In this document: piece by piece, positions 48,445-61,962 of the stretch | Position numbering within the stretch: position 1 is the stretch's first letter | Layout of the letters: each line of letters opens with the position of its first letter | Assembly (NCBI RefSeq): GCF_009914755.1 | Contig: NC_060937.1 | Origin: the human T2T-CHM13v2.0 reference genome, Homo sapiens | Direction: 5' to 3' (one strand) | Length of the DNA stretch: 64,000 nucleotides | Translations under genes and position numbers: made by a program | Notes under the pieces: model-generated | What the model was told of the DNA's origin: nothing | Databases searched by the model: none | The model's input: only the letters and a program-made list of their open reading frames with translations

Positions 48445-48620
48445 GGCAAAACAGTATTATGGCTAAAGAGAATGGGCTCTGGAACCAAGCTCCTTGGGTT
48501 TGAATTCTGGCTCTACCTCTCACTGGCTATGTGGCTTTGAGCAAATTACTTGATATTCCTGTGCTTAAATTTCCAAAATTAGTTTAATAAAACAGGGTTT
48601 CTGTGAGAAATGCAATACTA
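48445..48620 (+). mobile_element. MIR remnant
   Basis: gggctctggaacca..gggtttgaattctggctctacc..ctatgtggctttgagcaaattactt. Confidence 0.75.
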
Positions 48621-48725
48621 TTAAGGCTTTTCAAAGGGGAGATACGACTGTTGAACTGTTGAGATATGACTGTTGTGTAGGAAAGCAGTCCAGCATTAAC
48701 GACATTAAAGTACACAACATGCTAA

Positions 48726-49025
<300 letters not shown>

Positions 49026-51044
49026 TGAGCTTGTGTACGAGAAAACACACCCTGGAAGTAGACTCACTGAATTATTATAGTAACCAACAGTAGACGGCAG
49101 ATTACAGGTAATTTTTTTTTCTTGCAAACATCTCTTCCCTTTTTATGTTTTACACATTTTCTTTTACTATCAATGCATTACCGTGTAATCGGACTTTTTG
49201 GAAAAGTATAGCAGGCTCTAAACTAAATGGCTGCAGACCACTCACTGGTAGTTACTTAGTTCAGAGCCTGTAATACTTTTGTTTCTAGAGAACAGTTCTG
49301 GCAGGGTAGTGGTTTCGACCTAAACTTGGGGTCACAATCTTTCAGAAAGATGGCTTGTTGCTCCAACACTCCTCTGGCCTATCAGCATAAAAGAATTTCT
49401 CATTCCTGTGTGAGATGAAGGATATGCATATGCATTACTGTAAAACAAATGTTTCTGCAGACTTTCTCCACCCAGTACCTCGCAAAACTTGTGAAAGAGG
49501 ATTGAGGGCTGGAGAGTAAAAAGAGAATGGCAGAGGCCTCTGACCTTAATGCCATGAAAGTCAGTCAAAGACGTCTTAGCATATGTGCAATAAACTGCCT
49601 ATTCTTCACTGCTCCTATTCCCAACTATGTGAATAAAATATATTACGTATACCCTACTGATCAGGGAGAGAACAAGAGAGAAAATAGAATGACAGAGGTG
49701 ACAGCAAGAAGGTAGTCTGATGGAAGACTGGAAATTATGTGTGACTTGAGATTAGTTTTTTTTTAATAAGTTTAGAGAAAAGTGTATAGTCTACACTGTA
49801 ATCTTTAATATTAAGTCTCTTCTAATAATAATCCCTCACTAGAGGCTGAGATAACACTGTTATTATGACCCATTTTTCTGCTTTAACTTACCCTGAAGGC
49901 TTACTTTAATTTTAGTATATAAAATTTGGGTCAAAGAACAAAGTGTTTGCTATCCAGAGCTTATAATTTCTCTTCTGACCACCTAAAACTACTCACAATT
50001 TTGAGATACAGAGATTCAAAAAAGAATGACAGTCTTTGCAATTTCTACACCTTATTATAGAATACTGATTGCCTGTTTCTGGAGAACAATCTTCTAAAAC
50101 CAGAACTAGACAACTTAAAGACGGAATGATTCATTTTACTTTAGAGTATATGAATATATAAACAAAAATAAAATGGTAGCCTTATTCACATAATAGTCTT
50201 TGCTAATAAATACTTTGCTGGTCCTAAAAATAGAAACTTTCTTTTGTCTATTATAGTACTGTTTTAAATAAAATGTACTTAAATACCTTTCCAAGTTCAG
50301 GTTAAAGAAGTTGACAAAATTTTTTTTAACAGTATGCAACACTAAGGGACAGTATCTCTTGATCTAGATATAAAAACACTATATGATCACCAAAGCCTAT
50401 TTTAAGAACTTACCAGTTTACAAATAGCTGAATTAAGTCTGTTAATTGTCATACGTAATATGTCTATGTTACAATTATAGTGCATTAAGCAATTGAAAAA
50501 AATGTAAGGCCAAATTCCAATAAAAATATCCTCTGCACTATCCTCATTTGTGCATGAAAATAACAGAAGTGAGTGGACACTTAAAATTTTAAATGTCAAT
50601 TTTTCCAAGTTGATTTCATTTATGTATGAAAAAATTTACACTACTTTAATAGTATCTTATTAAATCTATTTACACATGAAACTCTGCTATACATAAAATT
50701 AAACATCTCAGAGCATCTTCCAGCCTGCAAATAATTTACATCAATGGACCCTATAATTCCTACTTTTGTCAAAGTGAAAACACCTCCTATATTTGAAAAG
50801 AAGTGTGGAGAACCAAGCTGTACTATAAAACGTCAATGAGACATTCTAGACTCTAGAAATCTAGAGCACCAAAACTAGGCCTCTTCAGGGCTCTGGCAGT
50901 TTAATTTCCTGCAAAGCTTCTAGGCCCCAAATAATGCAACTTAGGCCACCACAGCTTTTGGTGAGGGACTGATATGACTACAAACTGCTAAATAGCAAAC
51001 TACTGAGGAAAGACCACAGACTAGCTGAGCAGCACAAGGAGTTA

Positions 51045-51349
<305 letters not shown>

Positions 51350-52049
51350 CTTTGAAAGAAGCAACTTCATTAGGTGAAGACCGGAAGTGAACAGCTAGCC
51401 GTGTGCATCGTTGTATTAGGCACTTTTACACTGGGCATGCAATAATTTTAAATGCTCATTTGTAGTTAACTCTAAAAAGCCTATTTTGGCATCACAGTTC
51501 CTTTCTGTTCTGCTTTTACTAATATCAAACTAATATGCATTCTTTGGCTGAACTACAAGAATAAAACACTATAAAGAGGTTAACTCACAACTAAATGCTT
51601 AGAGAGCGCACAGTGGCGAAAATCTGTCTACAGGTCATATAGATAGATAGATAACTGATAGTTGATGGTATTTTTATAAATATTTCAGAGATAACAGAAA
51701 CTAAGTTACTTTTTTTTCAAGTTAGAAAAGGAGGATTCTAATTAAAAAATCTGGGTCACTCAACTGGATATCATTAGCAACGACAAAATAAAAATGATCT
51801 CTCTCACCTCTCAGCTTGGAGATACAGACCATTTACTGGGCTGCTTCCTGACCCCTGTCTGCAACCCCACCTAAAGGACTGCCCACGCCAAAGGCAGACG
51901 CGAATCCGCTCAACACAAGTTGACCAAGTTTTTCGCCTGGCTAAGCGGCAGGGGCGTCCCCTCCTCCCTGCGCCACCTCCCCACCGACTGGCTTCCCCTG
52001 ACATTTCTCATGCGCCCCACCCTGGGCAGTTTGCTTTGACATTTCAGTG

Positions 52050-53220
52050 CCTCATTGCTCAAGCTACCAGCACGGGCGTAGCCGACGCCGGGAGAGCCCA
52101 CAGAGTGCGAGCTCCATGGTGCCTGTCACCAGCCCCCGCCAAGGGTCATAAAGCCTGGCAGGAGCCGCGGCGAACCCGGGAGCGGCGGCGTCGCGGGCAG
52201 GCTGCAGGCGGCCGCCGCACACGCACCACGCCTTGTTGACATGTTTGGAAGCAGGCACGGCGGGGAAACGCCCCCAAGCAAGCTCCAAGGTCTGGGTGCC
52301 GCGCCCCGCGCCCCGCCCGGCACTCCTGAGGAGCGGCCCGCGCGCGCCCCGGCCCCCGCGCCCCCCCCCACCCCACCCCACCCCGGCCCGCCCACAGACG
52401 GTCCGCGGTCCCTCCCCGGCTCCGCCGTCGCAGCGGGGCTCGGCCCTGCCCCTCCGCCGTTACCTGCTGCCGGGGGCGGCTTCCCCCACACACCACCCCG
52501 TGCTCCGGGGACGGCGGCGGCTGCAGGTCCCGCGGCTCTCACATGAGGCGCCCCTGGCCCCCCGCTTCGCGCTCCCGCAGCCGCGGCCCCCCGCGCTCCG
52601 CCCGCATCCGAGGCGCTGGTCCCGCGGAGGGCGCCAACGCGGCTCCACCTTTGCGGCTCTGGCTGCCCAGAAAGAAGCTTTCCTTCTCAGTCCCGCGCTG
52701 TCTGTGTTCAGGGATCCCCGGCGCCGCGAGAGACTACCTCAGCGAGCGGCTGCCACCGCGTAAGCTTCCTGCACCTGGGCCACAAACAGCGAGTCTAAAA
52801 TGGCGCCCAGGGCTCGCGGCCGCGCGCTTCCCTGGCGCGTCCCCGCCCAAGGGGGCGGGAAGGGGGCGGGGGGGGGGCGGAGCCCGGCGGGAGTAGGGCC
52901 GCGCCCAAGCGGGAGCGCGCGCTGCGGCCGCCCCAGTCTCCTTGCTGTGGGACGAGCCTCTGCCTTCCTGCCAGAGATGTGACTCCCGCTTGAAGGGGAT
53001 TTTTTTTGTTGTTTTGAGATGGAATGTGGGAGGGCTGAAGCTAGCTATATGTGGAAGAGACTATCTGTGGCTGAAACTGGAAGGTTTAGGGAGGTGGAGC
53101 AGAAAAAAGAAAGGAAGGAGTCTCGCCGGAGCCTGCTGGGGACCGCGGCCCGCGGGTGGCCGCCCCGGATGCCTGAAACCGAGGAGTTAAATACAGTCTC
53201 CGAAGACCCGCGCATCGATG
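52050..53220 (-). promoter_or_regulatory. FBXL3: FBXL3 promoter CpG island; YY1-type AAAATGGCG at 52797-52805; GC boxes at 52851-52880
   Basis: Very high CpG/GC density ~5 kb upstream of the first coding exon. Confidence 0.85.
52464..52800 (-). other. FBXL3: Inferred non-coding FBXL3 exon 1
   Basis: Strong minus-strand donor CAG|gtaacg at 52464/52463; the ATG lies at position 2 of the next exon, so an upstream exon is required; TSS inferred from YY1 and GC-box positions. Confidence 0.65.
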
Positions 53221-53801
53221 TGCATAAGTGGTGCTTAAAAGATGCCAAGGAAATGTACCAGAATAGTGAGAGTATTAACGCTGGGATTGCACATGGTTTT
53301 TGTTTTTCAAATATTTGTATTTCCCAATATTTCTAAAGTGGCTTTTATCATTAGAGTTATTACATTTTAAAAACGACATTTGCTTTATGAAATAGAGTCC
53401 TGAAATTTGTAAATAGCTTTTGAAACGCAATGGGGAAAGTAAAGGATTACAAAGCTGCTGAAAAGAAAACCTCTGGTGAATCCTTTTGTAAATCAAGGCA
53501 TCTTTGTAACTGCTACCTAGTTGACTTGTTTTAAAGTTTGGATTTTTTGATACTGCGTTTTCTTACAGTTAGAAACATTCTTAGGTGCAATATCATTAAG
53601 TTGAATCATGCGCCATTCCTCTCTACACCTCCAAAAAAAAAGAGAGAAAGTAGTTTTCCATTCAAAGATGTCTTAGAACACTCAGACCCATGTATAAGAC
53701 ACTGAAAAGCAGTGGTGCCCAGGGAGCTCTCCGTTCTTCCCGTTTTCTCAAGAAATTGAGCTAGGAAGCCATGTATAAAGTTACGTCGAAGTTCAGTGTG
53801 A

Positions 53802-54103
53802 GGCCAGGAGTGGTACAGGCTTATGTCTGTAATCCCAACATTTTGGGAAGCCAAGGCAGAAGGGTTGCTTGTGGTCAAGAATTGGAGACCAGCCTGCGCA
53901 ATATGTCCAGACTCTTGTCTCTACAAAAAAATAGAAGAGTAATAATTTTAAAAAATCAGACGAGCTTGGTGTAATCCCGGCTACTACTCAGGAGGCTGAA
54001 TCGAGAGGATGGCTGGAGCCCAGGAGTAGGAGGTTACAGTGACCTATGATGTCACCACTGCACTTCAGTCTGGGTGAGAGAGTGAGACTGTTTCTATAAT
54101 AAA
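53802..54103 (+). mobile_element. Alu (diverged AluJ-like)
   Basis: ggccaggagtggtacaggcttatgtctgtaatcccaac..cactgcacttcagtctgggtga. Confidence 0.85.
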
Positions 54104-54934
54104 ATGAATTCAATGTGGGGAAATGCCAGTGTTGTTTGTTCGGTGTTTTTTAAGGGCCTGTCAGCTGTCAGATCACTGAATCAAACTGTACAAAGCCTCT
54201 AGTAGCATAAGAGTGTGGATTTGCCTGAGCTGCAACATTTGTTTAGGTCCCTCAGTGACTGGATGATGAGGAACAATAGGAAGTTCTAAGAAGGACAATG
54301 ATAATTATTAAGGAAAAACAAATAAGTCAAATACAGGCCCATTTATTTAAAGTTGGGTGAACAGTATAAATGATCAGCAAAATACATTAAACCAATTCAG
54401 TAAACATGATGAGCATAGGTTGCATTACGTTAATATTGTATCACATTACGGTTATATCACATTCCAATCATAGTTCTTTTTTTTCTTTTTTCGCCATTAT
54501 GATCTATTCTCCTCCTAAACAAGACAAGGACCTTGGCACACTTGACCTATTGAATACCCCTTTTCTTCCCTGTTATTGGCAAATATTTTATTTCACCTCA
54601 TTTTTTTTGAAAAAAAACGTGTTTATTTTTTAATCAGTCAGTACTTATTTACATTTATCAATTGTATCATCAAGATCAGTGGCATGGTAGGTGGGAGAAA
54701 GGATGAGTGTGGAGCACATTGATCCAACTGGGAAAAATAATTTATTACTGACCCTGTTTGGAATTGCCAATGCATGTGGTAATAAAAAGCAGATGAACAA
54801 TTAGTCTCTTTATTATTGTTTTAAATTATCCACAGACAATGTACCCCCTCCACCACGTAGAATGGTGTAGACTATTCCCACACCACCCCAGCCTTGGTAC
54901 ACCAATGATCAGGATAGATTAGATTATGTTGCAG

Positions 54935-55350
54935 TAGTTCCTTAAATACCATCTTGTAATTCCTCGTTTTTGATGACCTTTACAGTTTTTAGGAGTACTG
55001 CTTTAGTATTTTTGTAGAACGTCCCTCAATTGGGGTTTGTCTTAGGTTTTTTTCTTATAATTACATGGGGACTATGGATGTTTTAGAAGGAAAACTACAG
55101 AGGTATAAAGTACCATTCTCATCACATCATATCAAGGGTACATCTATTAATACGACTTATCCTTGTTGATGTCAACATTAATCAGAGGTTGAGATCAAGT
55201 TATTCTACTTAAAGTTACCCTTTTCCCTCTCTTTTTGTACTGGAAGAAAGTCACTATGTGCAGCCAACACTGAAGAATGTGGATTTACCTGAACTGCAAC
55301 ATTTCCTTGAGAGGGGAATGTCTATTTAAATTATTAAAACTTTTCTGTCT
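54935..55350 (-). mobile_element. Old L1 (L1MC/MB-like) 3' fragment
   Basis: gtagaacgtccctcaattggggtttgtc..accattctcatcacatcatatcaagggtaca..ggaagaaagtcactatgtgcagcc. Confidence 0.7.
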
Positions 55351-55921
55351 TGGGAGGTGTATCTACATATCTCTTAATTGTATATGTTTACTTTTCTGTC
55401 TGTAATTTCTGTAGATCTGTCTTCAAGTCACTAATTTAGTCTATTTAGTCTTTGCTAAGACTACCTTTGCCTGCGTTTTTCGTTTCTAAAAGTTTTATTT
55501 GGTTCTTTTTCATATCTACCTGATCTTTCTTGATACTCTTTTCACTTTGTAATTTCTTTTTTTCTTAAATTGTTTTAATCCTATGAAATAATTGGGGGTC
55601 TAATCATGATATGTGTCAATGTTTGTTCATGGTGGGTTGTTCCTCATGTATTTTATAATTTTGGATTGTGAGTTCATCTTCCGTACAACTTTAGCTGCAG
55701 GAATTTTGTGCAACAGGCAGAAGCTGGAAGGGGAGGAGATTGTTAGTGAGTGCTGGAAAGACAATAAGGAATTGTTAATGGAGTCCAGAGAAATCAGGAT
55801 ATCTTTAGATATCTTTCATATAATAATGGCAAGCCCAGGGAAACATTTGTCTATGGCAACATGGAAAGTAGAGAAATGCATTTATTTAATTGTTGGACTT
55901 GGCTAAAGAAATTTCCAAGCA

Positions 55922-56237
55922 GGCTGGCTGCAGTGGTTCACGCCTCTAATCCCAGCACTTTGGGAGGCCAAAGTAGGCGGATTGCTTGAGCTCAGGAGTT
56001 CAAGACCAGCCCAGGCAACATGGCGAAACCTTGTCTCTATTAAAAATACAAACAAATAGCTGGGCGTGGTGGCATGCACCTGTAGTCCCAGCTACTCAGG
56101 AGGCTGAGTTAGGAGGATTGCTTGAACTTGGGGATGGAGGCTGCAATGAGCTGAGACTGTGCCACTGCGCTGTATCTCTAGCCTGGGTGACTGAGCGAGA
56201 CCCTATCAAAAAAAAAAAAAAAAAAGAAAGAAAAGGA
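55922..56237 (+). mobile_element. Alu
   Basis: Dimer with A-rich tail; TSD-like aagaaatttccaagcag / aagaaatcgccaagcag. Confidence 0.92.
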
Positions 56238-56308
56238 AAGAAATCGCCAAGCAGAAGGTTGAGAGTATCTGCTGGTTTCTTTTGGTTGCATATGAAAAAG
56301 TTCAGATA

Positions 56309-56596
56309 CCCAGCACTTTGGGAGGCTGAGGCAGTTGGGAGGCTGAGGCAGCTGGATTACTTAAACTCAGGAGTTTGAGGGCAACATGGGAAAACCCTGT
56401 CTTTACCAAAAATACAAAAATTAGGCAGGTGTGGTGGTGCACGCCTGTGGTCCCAGCTACTCAGGAGGCTGAGGCGGGAGGATCACTTGAGCCTGGAAAG
56501 TCAAGCCTGCAGTGCAGTGAGCCGTGATCATTGTGCCACTGCACTCTAGCCTAGGTGATAGAGGGAGACCCAATCTCAAAAAAAAAGAAAAGAAAA
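56309..56596 (+). mobile_element. 5'-truncated Alu with internal 17-bp tandem duplication
   Basis: TSD gaaaaagttcagata; (ttgggaggctgaggcag)x2. Confidence 0.9.
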
Positions 56597-57509
56597 AGTT
56601 CAGATAGAGAGAACGTAAGTACAGAAGTAACTGTTTAGTTTTTTAGTAGAATTTAGAGGAAAGATAAAGGGCCTGGAACAGTCTTTCCTTCCATCAAAAG
56701 GTTCACAAAATTTAAAAAGACCTTTAGGGAAATGATAAATACCTGGGTACTACCAGTAAGACATGGCCTCAGAGTAAGGCTCAGATCAAGAGTCCACCTA
56801 TTGGACTTTAGAACAATTTCAGGTGGTACCGCTTAGACCATCTTAGCTAGTTAAGAGGTCTTTTAAGGATTTTATGTGTATGCTTCCTAGACTTCTAAGA
56901 ATTTTAAAAGCATTGAGCCATAGCATCTTGAATCTCAGCCCTACCATAAATCTCAAAGAGATTTATGGGTGTGGCTTTTTTTCTGATGGAGTGAACCAAA
57001 GTAAGAGTCATAGGAAACATACAATATGTTTATGAAAATTGTATTAACAGAAACACTGTGAATTTGAATAGAAGATACAGAGACAGTTGAAAATGAAGAG
57101 TCCTTGGGGCTCCCATCTTCTGTCATTTAAATATAGGTCCATAAAACGACTTACCAGCAATCATAGACCATTTCTTATAAAGAAGGAATGATGACTCAGA
57201 GTGCAGAGAAAGGACCCCAGACGGCTGAGCCAAGAGCTACTGAAAATCACTTCCAGGAAGCAGGACTGGGCCTTAATTAAGAAACTGGTTACATGTTTCC
57301 AGCTAGATTTCAGAATCACTATAGACAAGTGACCGCTATTGTTTCCTCTTCTCCCCTTTATAAATGGGAGAATTTACTATCCTACGCCTATTTCACCATT
57401 GTATATTGGTTCTACATGAGTAGATCACGTGTCTCTTTAGTTCACAAGTCTTTAAGAGGAAATGCACTTGAATATGGGCTGGACTTTGTGATTTGCTCCA
57501 TCATGAAAA

Positions 57510-57932
57510 TGTAGAGGAAGTAATATTCTAGGACTTCCAAGGCTAACTTATGAAAAGCCTTGCAGTTTTTGTCTGGATGTCTGCATCTCTTGGCATGTTT
57601 CTTCCTTAGCAACTCCCTCTTGGAACCCAGTTGCCATGCTAATAAGAAGTCCAAGTCACATAAAGAAGTGTGCTGGTTTACAGCCCCCGCTGAGCTCCCA
57701 GCCAGCAGTCAGCATCAACTGCCAGCCATGTGGGTGAACCTTCTTGAGCATCTGTCCAACTTAAGTATCCAGATGACTCCGGCTCAGCTGCTATCTATTT
57801 GCAAACACAAATCCAAACTGAGAATCCACCAGCAAAGCTCGGTGAACCTACAGAACCCTGAGAGACAATAATGAAATATTATTTTAATCCATTAAGTGTG
57901 GAGTGCTTTGTCATACAGTAGTAGATAACTGG
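57510..57932 (+). mobile_element. MaLR LTR (MLT1-type); MaLR internal-like sequence upstream (~55700-57450)
   Basis: cagcccccgctgagctcccagccagcagtcagcatcaactgccagccatgtg..cagaaccctgagagacaataat..gtagtagataact. Confidence 0.7.
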
Positions 57933-58404
57933 AAGATAGTTAAATAATAAAGACAAGAGGAAGAATCAATAAGATAGGAAAAATAAATAGAGGAATTAGC
58001 AAAAACAGAAGCTGGTTTATACAAAAGGCAAATGAGGTAGACACTTATTTGGTCAAATTGATTAGTAAAAGAAGAGAAGTTGGAAATTAACAAAGTACAG
58101 AAATTTTTAAAAGGGGAACTAATATAGCCGCTACAGAGATTTAAAATACTAAAAGTATGTTATGAATAATTATTAACTAATAAAATAGAGAGCATAAATA
58201 AAATGAATAAATTCTTTTAAAAATAACATGTCAAAATTAGTAACAAGGAGTAGAGAATTTGAATTCATTATAAACATTGAAGTAATTATCAAAGCCTTTT
58301 CCTCCCAAATAACCCTAAGCCCATATGGAATTAGAGATGAGCCTTATCAGATTTCTAAGAGTTTAATCCTTTCCTTCTTTTCTTTTTCTTTTATTTCTTT
58401 AATT

Positions 58405-58520
58405 TTTTTCTTGAGACAAGGCTATGTTGCTATGTTGCTCAGGCTGACCTCAAACTCCTGGCCTCAAGCAACCCACCTGCCTCAGCCTCATAGCTGGGAT
58501 TATAGGAGTGTGCCACCATG
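58405..58520 (-). mobile_element. Alu monomer (FLAM-like) inside old L1 fragments (~57940-58690)
   Basis: ctatgttgctcaggctgacctcaaactcctggcctcaagc; flanking A-rich L1M-like sequence. Confidence 0.7.
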
Positions 58521-58693
58521 AACAGCATGACCTGATCCCTTCTTATACAATTGAGAAAAAAGATAAAGAAATAAAGTGATCCAAGTCATCTTAATGAAGC
58601 TACTATAATCATGATTCCCAAACCAAAAAAGAAAGGAAAACTATAGCCCCATGGCCCACAATGAAAATAAATGCAAAAATGCTAAAATAAATA

Positions 58694-59040
58694 CAGGTTG
58701 AACATCTTTAATCCAAACATCTGAAATCTGTAATGCTCCAAAATCCAAAATTTTTTGAGTGCTGACATGACTTCACAAGTGGAAAATTCCACACCTGACC
58801 ACAGTAAAAATGCAGTCAAGACTTTATTTCATGCACAAAATCATTTAAAATAGTGCATAAAATTATCTTCTGGCTAAGTGTATAAAGTGTCTGTGCAACA
58901 CAAATGAATTTCATGTTTAGGTTTGGGGCCCATTCCTAAAATATCTCATTATGTATATGCAAATATTCCAAAATCTGAAAAAAATCTGAAATCCAAAAGA
59001 CTTCTAGTTCCAAGAAGTTCAGATAAGAGATATTTGACCT
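58694..59040. mobile_element. MER46C/Tigger4-like DNA transposon
   Basis: ta|caggttgaacatc..aatgctccaaaatcc..cacaagtggaaaattccacacctgacc..agataagagatatttgacct (degenerate TIRs). Confidence 0.75.
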
Positions 59041-59243
59041 TTATTAATCAAATCCAACAGTGTAATAAAACCAAGAAATAAACAAAACCAAAACAAAACA
59101 GTGATAATAACGTGCCTGATCCTCTTTTTCCTCTTTTTCTTTTCCCACGGCATTTATCACTTCCTAGCTTGTTAGGTATTGTATGTCAGTTGTTTAGTGT
59201 CCATCTCCCACCTGGAATATAAGAATGGCAAAAACATGAATCT

Positions 59244-59575
<332 letters not shown>

Positions 59576-61039
59576 TCACCAATCCTAGGCTCCTAAACCA
59601 GTCTGTAAATGTTTCTTCCAAGGATGAAAGAATGTGGCAAAACAGGACTTATGTTTTATTACATGGCGTAGTTACCTGGACTTAACCCAAAATAAATCTG
59701 TCCTGAGGAATAGATAGGGACTTAGATGTCACAGAAGAGGGAAGACTCTTAAGAGGCAAATGGGAAGATGATGAGAGAACACAGTCATAAGTTAGTTTAT
59801 GAGTCAGAGGACCCATATCATACAAAGAACCCTGTTCTTTTGTGATTCACCAATTTCTTATGTTCCACAGTGAATGGTAAACCTCCATATAGAAACAGGG
59901 GCCATCCAAGCTGGGACAGTCTTTCCCCTGGGAATTTGGAATTAATACCGGCAGAAAGAGAGTAGTCTGTTCCTTGGGTCCTTAGACTTGTAACACATCA
60001 ACCCAGGAGCTATAGGTGATCTTTTTACCACATGGTCTGCAAAGCAGAGAAAGGTGCTCTGCACTGAGAAAGAAGAAGAGAAAATAGACGCATAGAGAGG
60101 AACGTGAGGAGAGATGGTGCCAGAGCCTCCAGCCCTGGTTCTGCTCTATTCCCACAGCCTGGAAGAGGTAGCTCAGCTCTCACATATTTTTTTCTTGCTT
60201 TTCAAAGTTATTTCGACTTTGTTTTCTTTTGCTTGCAATCAAAACTCCTTACCATTGCAAACTTAATCTGGAAAGGCTGCTCCTTGGATCTCAAATTATG
60301 TTGCTTTTCACTGAAAGGTGATCATGGAATTTGGTCTTGCTGTGTCTTGTGTCCGGGAGTGGGGCCTTGCATCCTCTCCACAGCTGCCCTTTAACCAAAG
60401 ATGATTCTGCCTAGTCCTAAAGGGGTGCTGGTGGCTGTGGATGGCCCTGTCTTGGATGGAGCCCCAGAAAAGTCACTGGGCATGACTACTGCCCCTTTTG
60501 AAAGATTTCCTGTTTTCCAAGTTGACAGATCAACCACAGGGGCTGGAGGCAGGGAACCTAAGACCGATTTATGCCGACTTCCTAGAACGAAATCAAACTT
60601 AAAGACATCACTAGAAGAAAGATGCATGCAGTTCTTTCCTGAGGGGCTGATACATCTCTAAAGAGCAGTTAAGTTGGGGAGGAACAGAACTTTTCACCCG
60701 AATTGAGTCATTCCTTTGAGTCATACAAGGCAAGGGCCTTATGGACTTAGGGTTTTATAAGGAGCATGCTCCATGTGTACTTTCCCACTCTCTGACCTCT
60801 TTTTCCTGAAGCTCTCTTCTTTCAGGTCCTTTAGTCTGATGTCGCTTCAGGTTCTTCTCAGGCTTTGCAAATTTGAAAGCCTCAAGCCTCCACTGCTCAG
60901 TCAAAGCTGCTCTAGAGTGGGATGGAGAAGATGTGGATTGGGTTGGAGCTCAGGTCTCATTCTGCCATTTACAGGATACGCGAGCTTGCACAGATTACTT
61001 CTTCATGCTTCAGCTTCCTCATCTATAAAATGGGAATAA

Positions 61040-61205
<166 letters not shown>

Positions 61206-61340
61206 TAAATGGAATAATAATAATATATACCACATAGGGTTATCGTGAAAATTAAAGGTGTCAACATCCATAGAACAAAAAGGTCAGTAGCAGGCACACA
61301 GTAAATCCCCAGTAAATGCTAGCTACATCATTGTTGCTAT

Positions 61341-61962
61341 TGTTACCAGTGGAGAGTGTCCAGGTTCTTGGTTTCTTGAACAAACAATTGGACAAAACAC
61401 ACAAAGCAAGGAAAGAATGAAGCAACAAAAGTGGAGATTTATTGAAAACAAAAGTACACTCCACAGAGTGGGAGTGGGCCTGAACAAATGGCTGAAGAGC
61501 CCGGTTACATAATTTTCTGGGGTTTAAATACCCTCTACAGGTTTCCCATTGGTTACTTGGTGTACACCCTATGTCAATGAAGTAGTGGTCTGTGATCAGT
61601 CTGATTGGTTGTGGGAGGGGACCAATCAGAGGCTGAAGCAAAGTTACAAAGTTACACTTTATGCAAATGTCTGATTGGTTGTGGAAAGTGACCAATCAGA
61701 GGCTGAAGTTACAAAGTTATATACTCCCATACAAATGAGGACTTGGCCCATGACCAGCCTAATTGATTGTGGGAGGGGACCAATCAGAGGTACTTTCAAT
61801 TTTTCATCTGCCACGCAGAAAGGGGGGTTGCAAAAGGAGTAGCCTTTGTTCCTTTTGTTACTTAGGTGTGGAAAGTTGGGGGTTTCCTTTTGATTTAGTT
61901 CTAGTAAGTCAGCCTGAATTGGCCTTGGATTCCCTGCCTCCGGACCCTATTCTCCTGTCTCA
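61341..61962 (-). mobile_element. MER51-type ERV1 solo LTR
   Basis: Minus strand starts tgagacaggagaatagggtccggaggcaggga and ends ..ggtaaca; 4-bp TSD ctat; repeated CCAAT boxes. Confidence 0.88.

Noticed and set aside
51804-53336. Many ORFs around the FBXL3 promoter
   Set aside because: CpG-island artefacts; no coding signature.
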